The notes: a model not told the origin generated them from the letters alone. Shown: positions 43,077 to 52,458, numbered from the stretch's first letter. The stretch is DNA of 64,000 bases from a virus (IMGVR_UViG_3300010965_000001:128001-192000); one strand, 5' to 3'. A program made the numbers and translations.

Positions 43077-43473
43077 AATAATTATCCTCCACAATAATCT
43101 AATTAAGTAATATAAGAATTTTATAACTGTTTTCATGTCTATAAATATCAACTTAAAATTATTTAATGGCTTCGCACAGCAAAGAACGCTGTGTTTATTT
43201 TTCAATTATTTAATAACTCTTTACAGCCTAAAAGCCATTCTTCACCCTTGAAGGGAATAATTTTGATTGTGCCTTATCAACGTAAGGGGTTTCGACCGTT
43301 GAGTTTACATCAAATCTTTCGGTAGACAACGATAACTTATCTTATATACTAAGACTACAAACCGTTTGTGGCGTCACAGTTACGAATAACTTCTACCTCT
43401 TCACAATGCCTTCGCATTCACCTTACGGTGCCTCCATTTTTACGCTCTTGGTGCGTTCACTGTGTGCTCTGTA

Positions 43474-43677
43474 TTACGATTGTGGGTGGTCTTTATACCA
43501 ATCTGCTTCTGACTTTTCAAACCATTCTTGTGCCATTCTGTCAAATTCTTCCCTAGAAATCGGAGGAGAGTTTTCTCCATCCAACGATTCAATTAAAATT
43601 TGTTCAATCTCTTCTTTTGTAAAATGTGGTCTATCTTTCCATTCAATTGTATGTACCTTCATTCTCATCTTGACCAT
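43474..43677 (-). CDS. Hypothetical protein
   Basis: ORF track. Confidence 0.45.
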   Translation of the reverse strand: MVKMRMKVHTIEWKDRPHFTKEEIEQILIESLDGENSPPISREEFDRMAQEWFEKSEADWYKDHPQS

Positions 43678-44330
43678 CCCATTGCTTTTGCAATATCGGG
43701 AAACTGTTCATTGAATATAACCATTATTTGTTTTGCGATTTCTGTATGTTCAAGTTGTGTGCCGTGTTCCATTCTCAAATCAAGATAGTGTATCCAACTC
43801 CGTGCGCTTCCCGTCATATACATCGTTGTGGCTAAGTTCGTGGGTAAAAGGAATCTCGCACATTCTTTTGCGATACCCTTATCAAGTGCATTTTGATACT
43901 TGTCAAATGCTACATTCCAAACTGTTTCCTGTGCATCTAAGAACCATTGTTTAGTAGCATCATCCAAATCATCGACACTATTCTGTCGATTCTTTTCATC
44001 TTGTCGCCTTGCTTGTTGTGGGAGATAGTTAGTCATTTTTGCATAACGACCAGAAAATTTTTGGAAGGTAAAGGAGCGGTGACGGAGCATCTGCTCTGCG
44101 ATAGGCATCGTTGTGGTAATTTCCACCGTCATAAATGCGTGTTCAAAGATTGACCAATGATTGTGTTGAATACAATAACGGAGCAACCCCGAGACAGTAT
44201 CAAAATTCATTTGATTACTTGGATTACTTACTCTTGCTACAAAGCCAGTAACTTCTTGGGCACTCTTATTAATCAAATCTCCAGCCCCTTGTGTGATACT
44301 AACTAATTTAGTAGTTGGTTGCTCTGTCAT
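43665..44330 (-). CDS. thyX: FAD-dependent thymidylate synthase
   Basis: HWSIFEH, RHRSFTFQKFSGRY, ARFLLP; start MTEQ. Confidence 0.95.
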   Translation of the reverse strand: MTEQPTTKLVSITQGAGDLINKSAQEVTGFVARVSNPSNQMNFDTVSGLLRYCIQHNHWSIFEHAFMTVEITTTMPIAEQMLRHRSFTFQKFSGRYAKMTNYLPQQARRQDEKNRQNSVDDLDDATKQWFLDAQETVWNVAFDKYQNALDKGIAKECARFLLPTNLATTMYMTGSARSWIHYLDLRMEHGTQLEHTEIAKQIMVIFNEQFPDIAKAMGWSR

Positions 44331-44595
44331 ACGCCTCCGTCCAATCTTTATCTTCAACAAAATAGTTATCTAACAAGTACGAACAGAGTAAAAGTAAATC
44401 CTCTGGTTTTTCTGGAAGAATTAACCAACCAGCACACCATTCGTCTGCTGAGTATTCACGGTATGCGAATTGTATATCAAGGTCATCCACTACCGCATTG
44501 AGTTCATTAAATCCTACACGGAATCGCTCAACATCATCGGGATAGTCAATCATTGTAGGAGTATTTTTTAATCTATATTTCTTAATTAATCCCAT
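44308..44595 (-). CDS. Hypothetical protein
   Basis: ORF track. Confidence 0.5.
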   Translation of the reverse strand: MGLIKKYRLKNTPTMIDYPDDVERFRVGFNELNAVVDDLDIQFAYREYSADEWCAGWLILPEKPEDLLLLCSYLLDNYFVEDKDWTEAYDRATNY

Positions 44596-45194
44596 AAGTT
44601 ATCCCACACATCAATGATTCGTTTCATTCGTTTCTTAATATTGTTATGGATAACAAGTTCATCATCCCAAAACTTTTTGTATACGTCACGGGGAAGTTTG
44701 TATTTAGGATTGTTCAAATAATCAGTAAACTTTCCCAACTCACCACTTGCGACTTCTTGCCACGTAGGAATATTGTGTTGTTTATGTAGTACATCCAATC
44801 GAGCGTGAGAATTATCATCGTAATTCTTATAATCATCAAATGCCTTAATGATTTCATCCAACTCAGTCTGCCATTCCTGTAAGGAATTAAACTGACATGG
44901 ATGCCCCATTGGATTACTGCGCAATTTCGTAACAGAACCGATTATAACGTCTGTCAAATAACTGTTCAATCCCCAAACATCATTGTCTGCGAAACCATAT
45001 TTGATACGTTGATAGGGATACTTGAAATGGCACCGCACCCAATAATGGATGTTGTGATAGTTGTCTTTGAAATATTTAGAAATGATACCAAAACCTTTTG
45101 GTTCCACATAACGATGAATCTCTTTGTCTATCAATTGAAGTTCTTCATCAGACCATTCGACAGGTTTCTCAAACAATTCAAGTTGTTCACCCAT
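44586..45194 (-). CDS. Conserved phage hypothetical protein
   Basis: ORF track; D.DVWGL..W..LDEII pattern. Confidence 0.55.
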   Translation of the reverse strand: MGEQLELFEKPVEWSDEELQLIDKEIHRYVEPKGFGIISKYFKDNYHNIHYWVRCHFKYPYQRIKYGFADNDVWGLNSYLTDVIIGSVTKLRSNPMGHPCQFNSLQEWQTELDEIIKAFDDYKNYDDNSHARLDVLHKQHNIPTWQEVASGELGKFTDYLNNPKYKLPRDVYKKFWDDELVIHNNIKKRMKRIIDVWDNLWD

Positions 45195-45214
45195 GATAAT
45201 AACCTTTATAAAAT

Positions 45215-45290
45215 TGGAGCGAGCCGAAGGAATTGAACCTCCATCCTCATGCTGGATTTAGCATGCCATCTTAACATTAGACGAAGCCCG
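45215..45290 (-). tRNA. tRNA with Gly-type body and atypical anticodon loop (TAATCCA)
   Basis: GCGGGCT/GGCTCGC, U73, encoded CCA; stem CATGC/GCATG. Confidence 0.7.
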
Positions 45291-45306
45291 CATATGTAAC
45301 TGTAAT

Positions 45307-45335
45307 AATATACAAAATAAATCAATCAATGTCAA
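45307..45335 (-). promoter_or_regulatory. sigma70-type promoter
   Basis: TTGACA-N17-TATATT. Confidence 0.75.
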
Positions 45336-45567
45336 GTCGTTTTTTTAATTCAAGAACTTGTTCTTCCAACCAAACAGTGTAGTCGTAGATATACCAAAAA
45401 TCATATCCGTCCGTTTCAATTATATTTGAAAATCCTTCATGGACACGATTACCAAATAATTTACGATTGACATGTGTTAATCCTTCTTCACGTAACCGTT
45501 CAACATCAGTCATCATCTTCATCACCGTCACCGTTGATTCCCTGTACACCAATGGAGTAAAATTCAC
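45322..45567 (-). CDS. Hypothetical protein
   Basis: ORF track. Confidence 0.45.
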   Translation of the reverse strand: MNFTPLVYRESTVTVMKMMTDVERLREEGLTHVNRKLFGNRVHEGFSNIIETDGYDFWYIYDYTVWLEEQVLELKKRLDID

Positions 45568-45820
45568 CGTTGTTTACATCAAACACGACACCACCTGCAT
45601 TAGCACCCTTACCGAAATTTTTCCGTACATAATTTTCGAAGGACGCCCATGCCTCATTTGCAATCTTCATAGCGTCTTCACTGTTAAGGTCAAAATATTT
45701 GGAGAATGTTTCGGATTTGTAAAGGGAAATGAGAAGTAATCCCTTTGGGGTCAGTGTATACTTTGGTTCTTCTGCGGGTTCACCGTCTGTCGGTTCCACA
45801 TAATCATCATCTAAGTTCAT
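45506..45820 (-). CDS. Acidic hypothetical protein
   Basis: Start moved to MNLDDDY after GGAG; longer ORF overlaps a tRNA. Confidence 0.55.
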   Translation of the reverse strand: MNLDDDYVEPTDGEPAEEPKYTLTPKGLLLISLYKSETFSKYFDLNSEDAMKIANEAWASFENYVRKNFGKGANAGGVVFDVNNGEFYSIGVQGINGDGDEDDD

Positions 45821-45842
45821 CGTAACTCCTTTTGTTTGTAAA

Positions 45843-45920
45843 TGGTATCCCGAATAGGATTTGAACCTACATTCTCCAATTATGCACCTATCGTTTAGGA
45901 AACGCGGCCAATATCGGGAC
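45843..45920 (-). tRNA. Atypical tRNA-Arg(CCT) lacking a canonical D-arm
   Basis: Acceptor GTCCCGA/TCGGGAT+ACCA, T-arm, loop TT-CCT-AA. Confidence 0.65.
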
Positions 45921-45991
45921 ATTTTATTAAATGTACTGTCTTTCTGATTCGAAAATTAAAATTCATTATACTTATATTAAAGGAGAATATT

Positions 45992-46618
45992 ATGAAAATT
46001 AATTGTGCATATTGTGGTAAAGAAACTGATAAACGCCCATGTAGAGCAAAGGTTGAAAATAATTGTTGCTCTATTCAATGTAAACATTTATTAATGACAA
46101 CTAAATTGTTAGTTCATTGCTTACATTGTAATTTTGAATTTTATAAAAAACAATCCGAAATAAAAAAATCTAATAAACATTTCTGTAGTAAATCGTGTGC
46201 TGCAAGTTATAACAATACACACAAAACCAAAGGAAATCGAAGGTCTAAACTTGAGTCATGGATTCAATCTAAATTAACTGAAATATATCCAAATTTAGAA
46301 ATCCACTACAATCGAACTGACACAATTGATGCTGAACTTGACATCTATATTCCATCATTAAAACTTGCATTTGAATTAAATGGAATTTTTCATTATGAAC
46401 CAATTTACAGTCAATCTAAATTAGAACGAACCAAAATGAATGATTCCAAGAAATTCGTAGCATGTCATCAGCATGACATTGGATTTTGTGTAATAGATAC
46501 ATCAAAACAAAAATATTTTAAAGAACAAACTTCATTGCAATATCTGAAAATAATTACAGATATAATCAGTAGGCACGGAGAGACTCGAACTCTCATGGTT
46601 TTACCCGCAACGGTCTAA
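45992..46618 (+). CDS. Free-standing homing endonuclease-like protein (Cys-rich zinc repeats + Vsr/DUF559-type domain)
   Basis: CxxC..FCSxxC repeats; ELDIYIPSLKLAFELNGIFH; inverted within tRNA array. Confidence 0.75.
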   Translation: MKINCAYCGKETDKRPCRAKVENNCCSIQCKHLLMTTKLLVHCLHCNFEFYKKQSEIKKSNKHFCSKSCAASYNNTHKTKGNRRSKLESWIQSKLTEIYPNLEIHYNRTDTIDAELDIYIPSLKLAFELNGIFHYEPIYSQSKLERTKMNDSKKFVACHQHDIGFCVIDTSKQKYFKEQTSLQYLKIITDIISRHGETRTLMVLPATV

Positions 46619-46654
46619 ACGTTGTGCGTCTATGTCCAATTTCGCCACGCGCCC
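46570..46654 (-). tRNA. tRNA-Leu(TAG)
   Basis: Cloverleaf, long V arm. Confidence 0.9.
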
Positions 46655-46659
46655 ATACA

Positions 46660-47013
46660 TTACTTATAATCGAACGGAATCCTGAGACTTCTAATTCCAG
46701 CATCATCGAAGGTGTGTTGCATACTTTGCGCTCCGACGGGATTAAAACTGTGAATGATGATTCTCTTAGGGAGTTTATCAGCAGGCAACGTAGTGATGAA
46801 TTTAGCAACTTCGTGTCCACTCACCTCATCACTTGGGCAATACACATTCCCACCTAAGTCATGGTCAAGAGAAACCAAATCGAACGGAGAATGCTCAGTT
46901 AACACTTTTATTGCATCTTCCGCTGTCTCCGCTTCAAACCATTCACAACCAATAAAATTTGGTTTTGCCTTTTTAAGACGAATTTTATCATCGTCCAAGA
47001 AAAATACTTTCAT
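46660..47013 (-). CDS. Cyclic-phosphate-processing receiver (cREC)-like protein
   Basis: FFLDDD..VSLDHDLG..G..VA..IIIHSFNPVG..M. Confidence 0.7.
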   Translation of the reverse strand: MKVFFLDDDKIRLKKAKPNFIGCEWFEAETAEDAIKVLTEHSPFDLVSLDHDLGGNVYCPSDEVSGHEVAKFITTLPADKLPKRIIIHSFNPVGAQSMQHTFDDAGIRSLRIPFDYK

Positions 47014-47108
47014 TGTTTATTATTTCTCCTATTCCGCCTAACAAGATAGTCGATACCTAAAAATATACAAATAGTTCCAACAAACAATAAAACCGTCATA
47101 TAACCTCC

Positions 47109-47585
47109 TCAACGTTCTTTATTCAAAATGTATTTTGCTTTGTAACAATTCCGTGGTGTTAAACCACTAAATCCATCCACATGAATGAAGTTGTATTGTT
47201 GCCAAAGTAACATATCCGAATCATCATCAAAAATTACATACGTGTCAAATTCAGAGTCTCTTTTACCAAGTAATGCAAAATTATCTTGAATCCATACACG
47301 TATTTCGTTTCCACGAACTGTTCCACGTCCAAGAAAAGGTGTGTAGTCAATTATCTCACCCACAAATCCAGCCTCTGCAAACAACTCACACAATCTGTCA
47401 ATTGCAGTGCTTCGTCTCCACGATGAACTAATTACAATCTTACAATCCGTATCTTTTACAAGTTCATTGAGTAATTTAATACACCGTGGGTCTAAAGGAT
47501 ACCGTGTATTATCACTCTTTGGATTGGTTTGGCTGAACAGTTCACTATTAAGAACACCGTCAATATCTAAGAATACAATTTTCAT
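47109..47585 (-). CDS. HAD phosphatase of the Swiss-Army-knife RNA repair type
   Basis: FLDIDGVLN, IVISSSWR, RGNEI, YVIFDD. Confidence 0.8.
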   Translation of the reverse strand: MKIVFLDIDGVLNSELFSQTNPKSDNTRYPLDPRCIKLLNELVKDTDCKIVISSSWRRSTAIDRLCELFAEAGFVGEIIDYTPFLGRGTVRGNEIRVWIQDNFALLGKRDSEFDTYVIFDDDSDMLLWQQYNFIHVDGFSGLTPRNCYKAKYILNKER

Positions 47586-47604
47586 AGTAACCCTTTTTTG
47601 TTTG

Positions 47605-47679
47605 TAGCGTTCGTGGGATTCGAACCCACACGTAAGTAATTTTTGAGACTACATCCTCTGCCAGTTGGGATAGAACGCC
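47605..47679 (-). tRNA. tRNA-Leu(CAA), short variable region
   Basis: Cloverleaf, loop CT-CAA-AA. Confidence 0.85.
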
Positions 47680-47914
47680 ATAAATTCTTCCATATACTAA
47701 TGTGTTGCTCCGCACCGATTTCTACCCGACGAACGGCGAGACTCCTATAGAATACACCGTGAGACAGCAGGTGTTGACAGCCAAGCTCTCTGTCTTTATT
47801 GTCGTGTTTCGTTAGTATATGGAAGAATAAAATCACCTCTATGTGAACTCACTCATTTCAGAGATTTCTGATTCACTTTCAATCTTTTACTTTCGCAGTC
47901 AGATTAGAGGTTAG

Positions 47915-48000
47915 TAGGGATGGTCGGGGTCGAACCGACACGGTTGTTTAGACCTCCAGATTTTAAGTCTGGTGCGTGCTACCAATTTCGCCACACCCCC
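47915..48000 (-). tRNA. tRNA-Leu(TAA)
   Basis: Cloverleaf, long V arm. Confidence 0.9.
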
Positions 48001-48143
48001 ATAAAAAGTTGATAATTTAAATTTAAGGTTGAAACCCAACTGCGTCCGCGCTCGAAGTCATTCACAGTGGTCAATATCCGCCCGCTCTATTTACTTTTTT
48101 CCAGAGTCAGTCTCGCGGGTTGGCTGAAATTATCACACTTTTG

Positions 48144-48217
48144 TACACTTATCGGGATTTGAACCCGATTTGCCTTCTTGAGAGGAAGGTATCCTAACTC
48201 ATATAGATGATAAGTGC
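48144..48217 (-). tRNA. tRNA-Glu(CTC)
   Basis: Cloverleaf, loop CT-CTC-AA. Confidence 0.85.
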
Positions 48218-48221
48218 ATGG

Positions 48222-48641
48222 TTATATACACCATACGTATGGTAAATTGTCTGGAACATCTGTAAATTTACTTGAATAAAAACTATAATCCTTACGCAAC
48301 AGATTTGATTGATGTGAACGATGAAAATCTTCTCTACCTAACCACTTTGGACGTTCGATTTCACTAAATATCCTATCTCCGAGTTCTGCCAAAAAGAAGT
48401 CACGTTGAGTATCTTTGTAACCTCTCATTCTCCATTCTGTGCACATTTCGAATCCGTACAACAACAACGCATCTTCATAACCTTTCCACATTTTAACCGC
48501 AGGGTGATTCTTCCATCCGTATTCATCCTTAGTCAATGCGAAGTAAATCTGCTTTGCTTCCACTCGTTGCTTACCCAGTCTACGATAATCCAAAGACTTT
48601 GCAGATTGTGCGAAGTTTGGAAAAGGTAAGAAGGTTTGCAT
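48222..48641 (-). CDS. Pyrimidine-dimer glycosylase-like (MSMEG_6728/DenV family) protein
   Basis: MQTFLP..LDYRRLGKQRVEA..NHPAVKMW..SHQSNLLRKD. Confidence 0.8.
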   Translation of the reverse strand: MQTFLPFPNFAQSAKSLDYRRLGKQRVEAKQIYFALTKDEYGWKNHPAVKMWKGYEDALLLYGFEMCTEWRMRGYKDTQRDFFLAELGDRIFSEIERPKWLGREDFHRSHQSNLLRKDYSFYSSKFTDVPDNLPYVWCI

Positions 48642-48761
48642 ATTAAATATCTCCCTTTTCAGATTTGCCGTATTTAATAAAACAAACAATGCCGACGATT
48701 ACTGCAATGGATGTTATCGTACCCAAAAATGATTTCCATAGTATAACCTTTTATTGTATAG

Positions 48762-48833
48762 TATTCTCAGTTGGAATCGAACCAACATTAGAGGTTTAGA
48801 AGACCGCTGTCCTATCCGTTGAACGATGAGAAC
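48762..48833 (-). tRNA. tRNA-Arg(TCT)
   Basis: Cloverleaf. Confidence 0.9.
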
Positions 48834-48845
48834 ATATTATTTCAG

Positions 48846-48921
48846 TAGGCGTGGTAGGAGTCGAACCCACCTAACAAGGAGATATAAGCTCCTTTCCTGC
48901 AACCACGCTTGATTCACGCCC
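48846..48921 (-). tRNA. tRNA-Ile(TAT)
   Basis: AGGAG/CTCCT stem, loop CT-TAT-AT. Confidence 0.8.
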
Positions 48922-48954
48922 GATTTAACATATATAAATATACGAAATTTTAAT

Positions 48955-49212
48955 TTAATAATCAAGTGATTTTAACAATTCTTTTAACTTGTTTTTATCG
49001 AGTAAAATCTCATCAAAATCACCGAATTTACATCTATAACCGAAGATATACTTCAATCCGTACCATATCCGTTCAAAGAATGGGCGCGGCGTCAGGTGAA
49101 TTTCAACATCAATTTCATCCTCATACCCGTCCACTACTTGGAATATTACAATATGTTCCGTAGAGTTACATTCACATACCATCAATTTTCGCGTAACCAT
49201 GATTATCTCCAA
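48955..49212 (-). CDS. Hypothetical protein
   Basis: ORF track. Confidence 0.55.
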   Translation of the reverse strand: MEIIMVTRKLMVCECNSTEHIVIFQVVDGYEDEIDVEIHLTPRPFFERIWYGLKYIFGYRCKFGDFDEILLDKNKLKELLKSLDY

Positions 49213-49444
49213 ATATTCTGTTTAATATTTTATAGTGTTCATACAACATTGCATTTTCATTTGACCACCACATATACTGCTTGCCTATTCGTATATAGAT
49301 ATTTTTATTAGTCGCCCTATACACTTCGGATATGGTATCCTCAATTACGACACGTTCGTCACTTTCTGGATTGTGCCCTCCCAACAGTATAACAATGTCA
49401 CCATTTTTGAATTTGTGGTTCATATGATACTCAAATATTTGCAA
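49172..49444 (-). CDS. Hypothetical protein
   Basis: ORF track. Confidence 0.45.
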   Translation of the reverse strand: MQIFEYHMNHKFKNGDIVILLGGHNPESDERVVIEDTISEVYRATNKNIYIRIGKQYMWWSNENAMLYEHYKILNRIFGDNHGYAKIDGM

Positions 49445-50316
49445 TACATTGTGTCAGATGATAAATACATTTCTGCTAACTTTCGATTTATGTCACCCAT
49501 AAATATACTGTAGTTCTTAATTTCATTTGATACTACATCATCATCCCATGCACCATCTACAAGATACGCCATATTCATATTATAATAGAACAACTCATTA
49601 AAATTACGTTCTGTGACCCACGTGCTAAGTGTTCTACCATCCGAAACAAACACGGCTTTACCACATGCCATGCCTTCATATGCAGACCGCCCAATCCCAA
49701 TTACAAAGTCAGATAAATGAATCATATCTCTAATTTCACGTTGTCCAAAGTCATTGCCAACAAATTGTAATTCAATATCATTTTGCTTAAAAGAATTTAT
49801 CAGTTGCTCTGTAAAATGTGTAGAATATCGTGATAGAACCAATCCTCTTTTTAATTTCACTGCGGAACAACCCATGTAATCAAACAAATCCAAATCTATT
49901 CCATTTGGTATACTGTAATTTGCATTAATCAAATCATACAAATATTGACTTACTGCGATAACTTTTCCATTGAAATTATAATCATATAAACCTTCACACA
50001 TTGCTTTGCCATGTGCCACAAATATTTTCTTAGCGGTAACGGTATTAAATTCTTCTAAATGAAAAAGATAATTTAAAAATATTACATCGAACTTATTATA
50101 GTTAGCAGATTCGTCAGGAAGGATAATAGAAATATTCGCGGATTTGCAGTAATCAAAAAACTTCGGCTTGCTTACATCATAATAAGGACGAAACTTTTCA
50201 GGAATAATCTTAAAAGATACAAAATGCCCATCATCAATAAAGTGTTTAGCAAGCGTGTAAGCCCACGTATTTACTCCTGTGAACCGATTATGTTGTAACA
50301 CAAGTAGAATTTTCAT
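49420..50316 (-). CDS. GT-B fold glycosyltransferase (family 4-like)
   Basis: TGVNTW..GHFV; IPNGIDL; GRSAYEGMACGKAV. Confidence 0.75.
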   Translation of the reverse strand: MKILLVLQHNRFTGVNTWAYTLAKHFIDDGHFVSFKIIPEKFRPYYDVSKPKFFDYCKSANISIILPDESANYNKFDVIFLNYLFHLEEFNTVTAKKIFVAHGKAMCEGLYDYNFNGKVIAVSQYLYDLINANYSIPNGIDLDLFDYMGCSAVKLKRGLVLSRYSTHFTEQLINSFKQNDIELQFVGNDFGQREIRDMIHLSDFVIGIGRSAYEGMACGKAVFVSDGRTLSTWVTERNFNELFYYNMNMAYLVDGAWDDDVVSNEIKNYSIFMGDINRKLAEMYLSSDTMYCKYLSII

Positions 50317-50336
50317 TGTAGACCTTATATTGTTAG

Positions 50337-50409
50337 TACCCTAGTGCGGAATCGAACCGCCGTCTCAGCTTTGTAAGAGCCACGCCTTATACCACTAGAC
50401 CACAAGGGC
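50337..50409 (-). tRNA. tRNA-Val(TAC)
   Basis: Cloverleaf. Confidence 0.85.
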
Positions 50410-50420
50410 ATTTGTTGTTG

Positions 50421-50492
50421 AGAACGAAATGGGAATTGAACCCATCTAAATGGTTTTGCGGACCATCACCTCAGCCTCTCGGTCATTCGTTC
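50421..50492 (-). tRNA. tRNA-Cys(GCA)
   Basis: Cloverleaf, U73. Confidence 0.85.
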
Positions 50493-50503
50493 ATGTTTTA
50501 TTG

Positions 50504-50575
50504 AGCCCCTTACCCGCATCGAACGGGTGACTTAACTTTACGAGAGTCACATTTTACCAACTAAACTAAAAGGGC
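50504..50575 (-). tRNA. tRNA-Thr(CGT)
   Basis: Cloverleaf. Confidence 0.85.
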
Positions 50576-50583
50576 GTTTCTTG

Positions 50584-50654
50584 CAGTCCTAAATGGTGTT
50601 GAACCACTGTTTTTCGGTTCAGAGCCGAATGTAATACCGTTATACTATAGGACT
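50584..50654 (-). tRNA. tRNA-Gln(CTG)
   Basis: Cloverleaf. Confidence 0.9.
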
Positions 50655-50659
50655 ATTTG

Positions 50660-50732
50660 CAGAGGCAGCAGGGCTCGAACCTACACTTGTACGCCTTCAA
50701 AGGGCGTTGCCATACCATTAGGCGATACCTCT
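50660..50732 (-). tRNA. tRNA-Gln(TTG)
   Basis: Cloverleaf. Confidence 0.9.
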
Positions 50733-50742
50733 AAACCTTTTA

Positions 50743-51111
50743 TTACTTGAACAACTGAGAAGAAATTATAAAATTTGCAGTTGCACGATTACACGCTGTT
50801 GGAACATCATACAGAACTGCAAGTCTAAGTAATGCCTTAACGTCTGGGTCATGTGGATGTGCGTTCATCGGGTCCCAAAAAAATATTAATGCATCGACTT
50901 GTTTATTTGCAATCATTGCACCTATTTCTTGGTCGCCACCGAGCGGTCCAGATTTTTTACGTTCAACCACCAAATCAGTTGCATCGGTGATTAATCCACC
51001 CGTAGTTCCTGTAGCGACTAATGTGTGTTTACTTAAAGTTAATTTATTGAAGACTGCCCATTCCAATAAATCTTTCTTTTTTTCATCATGTGCAATTAGT
51101 GCTATATTCAT
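50743..51111 (-). CDS. mgsA: Methylglyoxal synthase
   Basis: [41 protein letters not shown]. Confidence 0.95.
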   Translation of the reverse strand: MNIALIAHDEKKKDLLEWAVFNKLTLSKHTLVATGTTGGLITDATDLVVERKKSGPLGGDQEIGAMIANKQVDALIFFWDPMNAHPHDPDVKALLRLAVLYDVPTACNRATANFIISSQLFK

Positions 51112-51258
51112 TCAGTCACTTCCTTAGATTTTAACCACTTAAAATACATTTCCAACCAATCTCCAGACGTATGTTCATCTTTCCACGATGTTTCATCCAT
51201 AAATTGGCTGATGAGGTTTTCCATGTGACATTGAAATTCGACCATTCCCATTTCTTCG

Positions 51259-51801
51259 TTAGTCTGCTCCATGACCTGCCATTTTCTTTTCCTTACCACG
51301 GCAAACATGGTCACTTGCATAACTTGCTGCAGGCGAGTCAGGCTTTGCGTATGCATCGAAACCCATACTCTGAATATATCCCATAGCCTGCTTGTGGATA
51401 ACATTGCTTTCGAAGTTTTCATTTGGGTTTACATCCAAGTGAACTTCAAATGCGGTGATTTTCTTATTATCAAACAAATCAGAATCAGTTAAAATGGACG
51501 CAATATCAACTACTCTGTAAACTTCATCCCAAAGACGATTCTTTAACCTATCTCCCTTTGCCTTACCGTAAATCTTAACATTGTTATCACGCGAAAAGAC
51601 AACGTGTGCACCACGACCAACCTTGTAGATACAAACAACTGTTACATATGTTGCGGCGTCAAAACGACGGGGCTGACTGTCACATCCTACGTAAATTTTA
51701 AATTCAGAAGTAAGTTCATCCTTACGAATGTATTCTTTAATATACTCCGCGATGTTTGGAATCTTCGTTCCCTCTACCGTTTCCCATTTGAATTCTCGCA
51801 T
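51259..51801 (-). CDS. RNase H-like YkuK family protein
   Basis: YVGCDSQ..RLWDEV..EVHLD..KPDSPAASYASD; start MREF. Confidence 0.8.
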   Translation of the reverse strand: MREFKWETVEGTKIPNIAEYIKEYIRKDELTSEFKIYVGCDSQPRRFDAATYVTVVCIYKVGRGAHVVFSRDNNVKIYGKAKGDRLKNRLWDEVYRVVDIASILTDSDLFDNKKITAFEVHLDVNPNENFESNVIHKQAMGYIQSMGFDAYAKPDSPAASYASDHVCRGKEKKMAGHGAD

Positions 51802-51828
51802 AACCTTACTCCTTTGTTTTGTTAGTTG

Positions 51829-51903
51829 TCGGAGTGACAGGATTCGAACCTGCGACCTCATGGTCCCAAACCACGCGCTCTACCAAACTGAGACTACACT
51901 CCG
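51829..51903 (-). tRNA. tRNA-Pro(TGG)
   Basis: Cloverleaf. Confidence 0.9.
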
Positions 51904-52136
51904 ATATATTTACCTTTTAGTGCATTAAAACTTTCTAAATACAATGGTCCTTTACAATTGGGACATCCATGAGAATAATATAATAGATACCAATTCTCAT
52001 ACAAACTGTCAACGAATCGAAATCTATGCTCATGGTTTATAAATGCTTTGCAATTGTAACACCTTATCAGTGGAGCATTTCCAGCATTTATAATTCTAAC
52101 ACAACGTTCTCTAAATTCTTTATATGATAGAGTCAT
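51894..52136 (-). CDS. Small Zn-finger protein, paralog 1
   Basis: MTLSYKEF..CYNC..CPNC..LYLESF. Confidence 0.6.
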   Translation of the reverse strand: MTLSYKEFRERCVRIINAGNAPLIRCYNCKAFINHEHRFRFVDSLYENWYLLYYSHGCPNCKGPLYLESFNALKGKYIGV

Positions 52137-52153
52137 AATCATTTTGTTTATTG

Positions 52154-52228
52154 TCGGGATAGAGAGACTTGAACTCTCACGATACCTTCGCCCCAAACGA
52201 AGTGGCTTGCCAATTAGCCCACATCCCG
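52154..52228 (-). tRNA. tRNA-Pro(TGG), second copy
   Basis: Cloverleaf. Confidence 0.85.
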
Positions 52229-52230
52229 TA

Positions 52231-52458
52231 TTAAAATGCCCTTACAAACTTGTCACCACGTTCATCTTTAGCACATTCTAAATACTTTTGTGAATTACAT
52301 CTAACACATTTACGAATATAGTTATAATTATATAACATATGGAAATCTCCACCAACCTTTATCCACGTTCCACAATAATAACACTTTAATATTGGTATGT
52401 GACGTGCTTTTCTAATTCGGTCAATTCTATCACAAAATTCTTCATAAGATAGTGTCAT
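52231..52458 (-). CDS. Small Zn-finger protein, paralog 2
   Basis: MTLSYEEF..CYYC..CVRC..YLEC. Confidence 0.6.
   Translation of the reverse strand: MTLSYEEFCDRIDRIRKARHIPILKCYYCGTWIKVGGDFHMLYNYNYIRKCVRCNSQKYLECAKDERGDKFVRAF

Noticed and set aside
47690-47830. Two hairpins (GACAG/CTGTC, ACACC/GGTGT) upstream of tRNA-Leu(CAA)
   Set aside because: Too little structure to support an RNA call by eye
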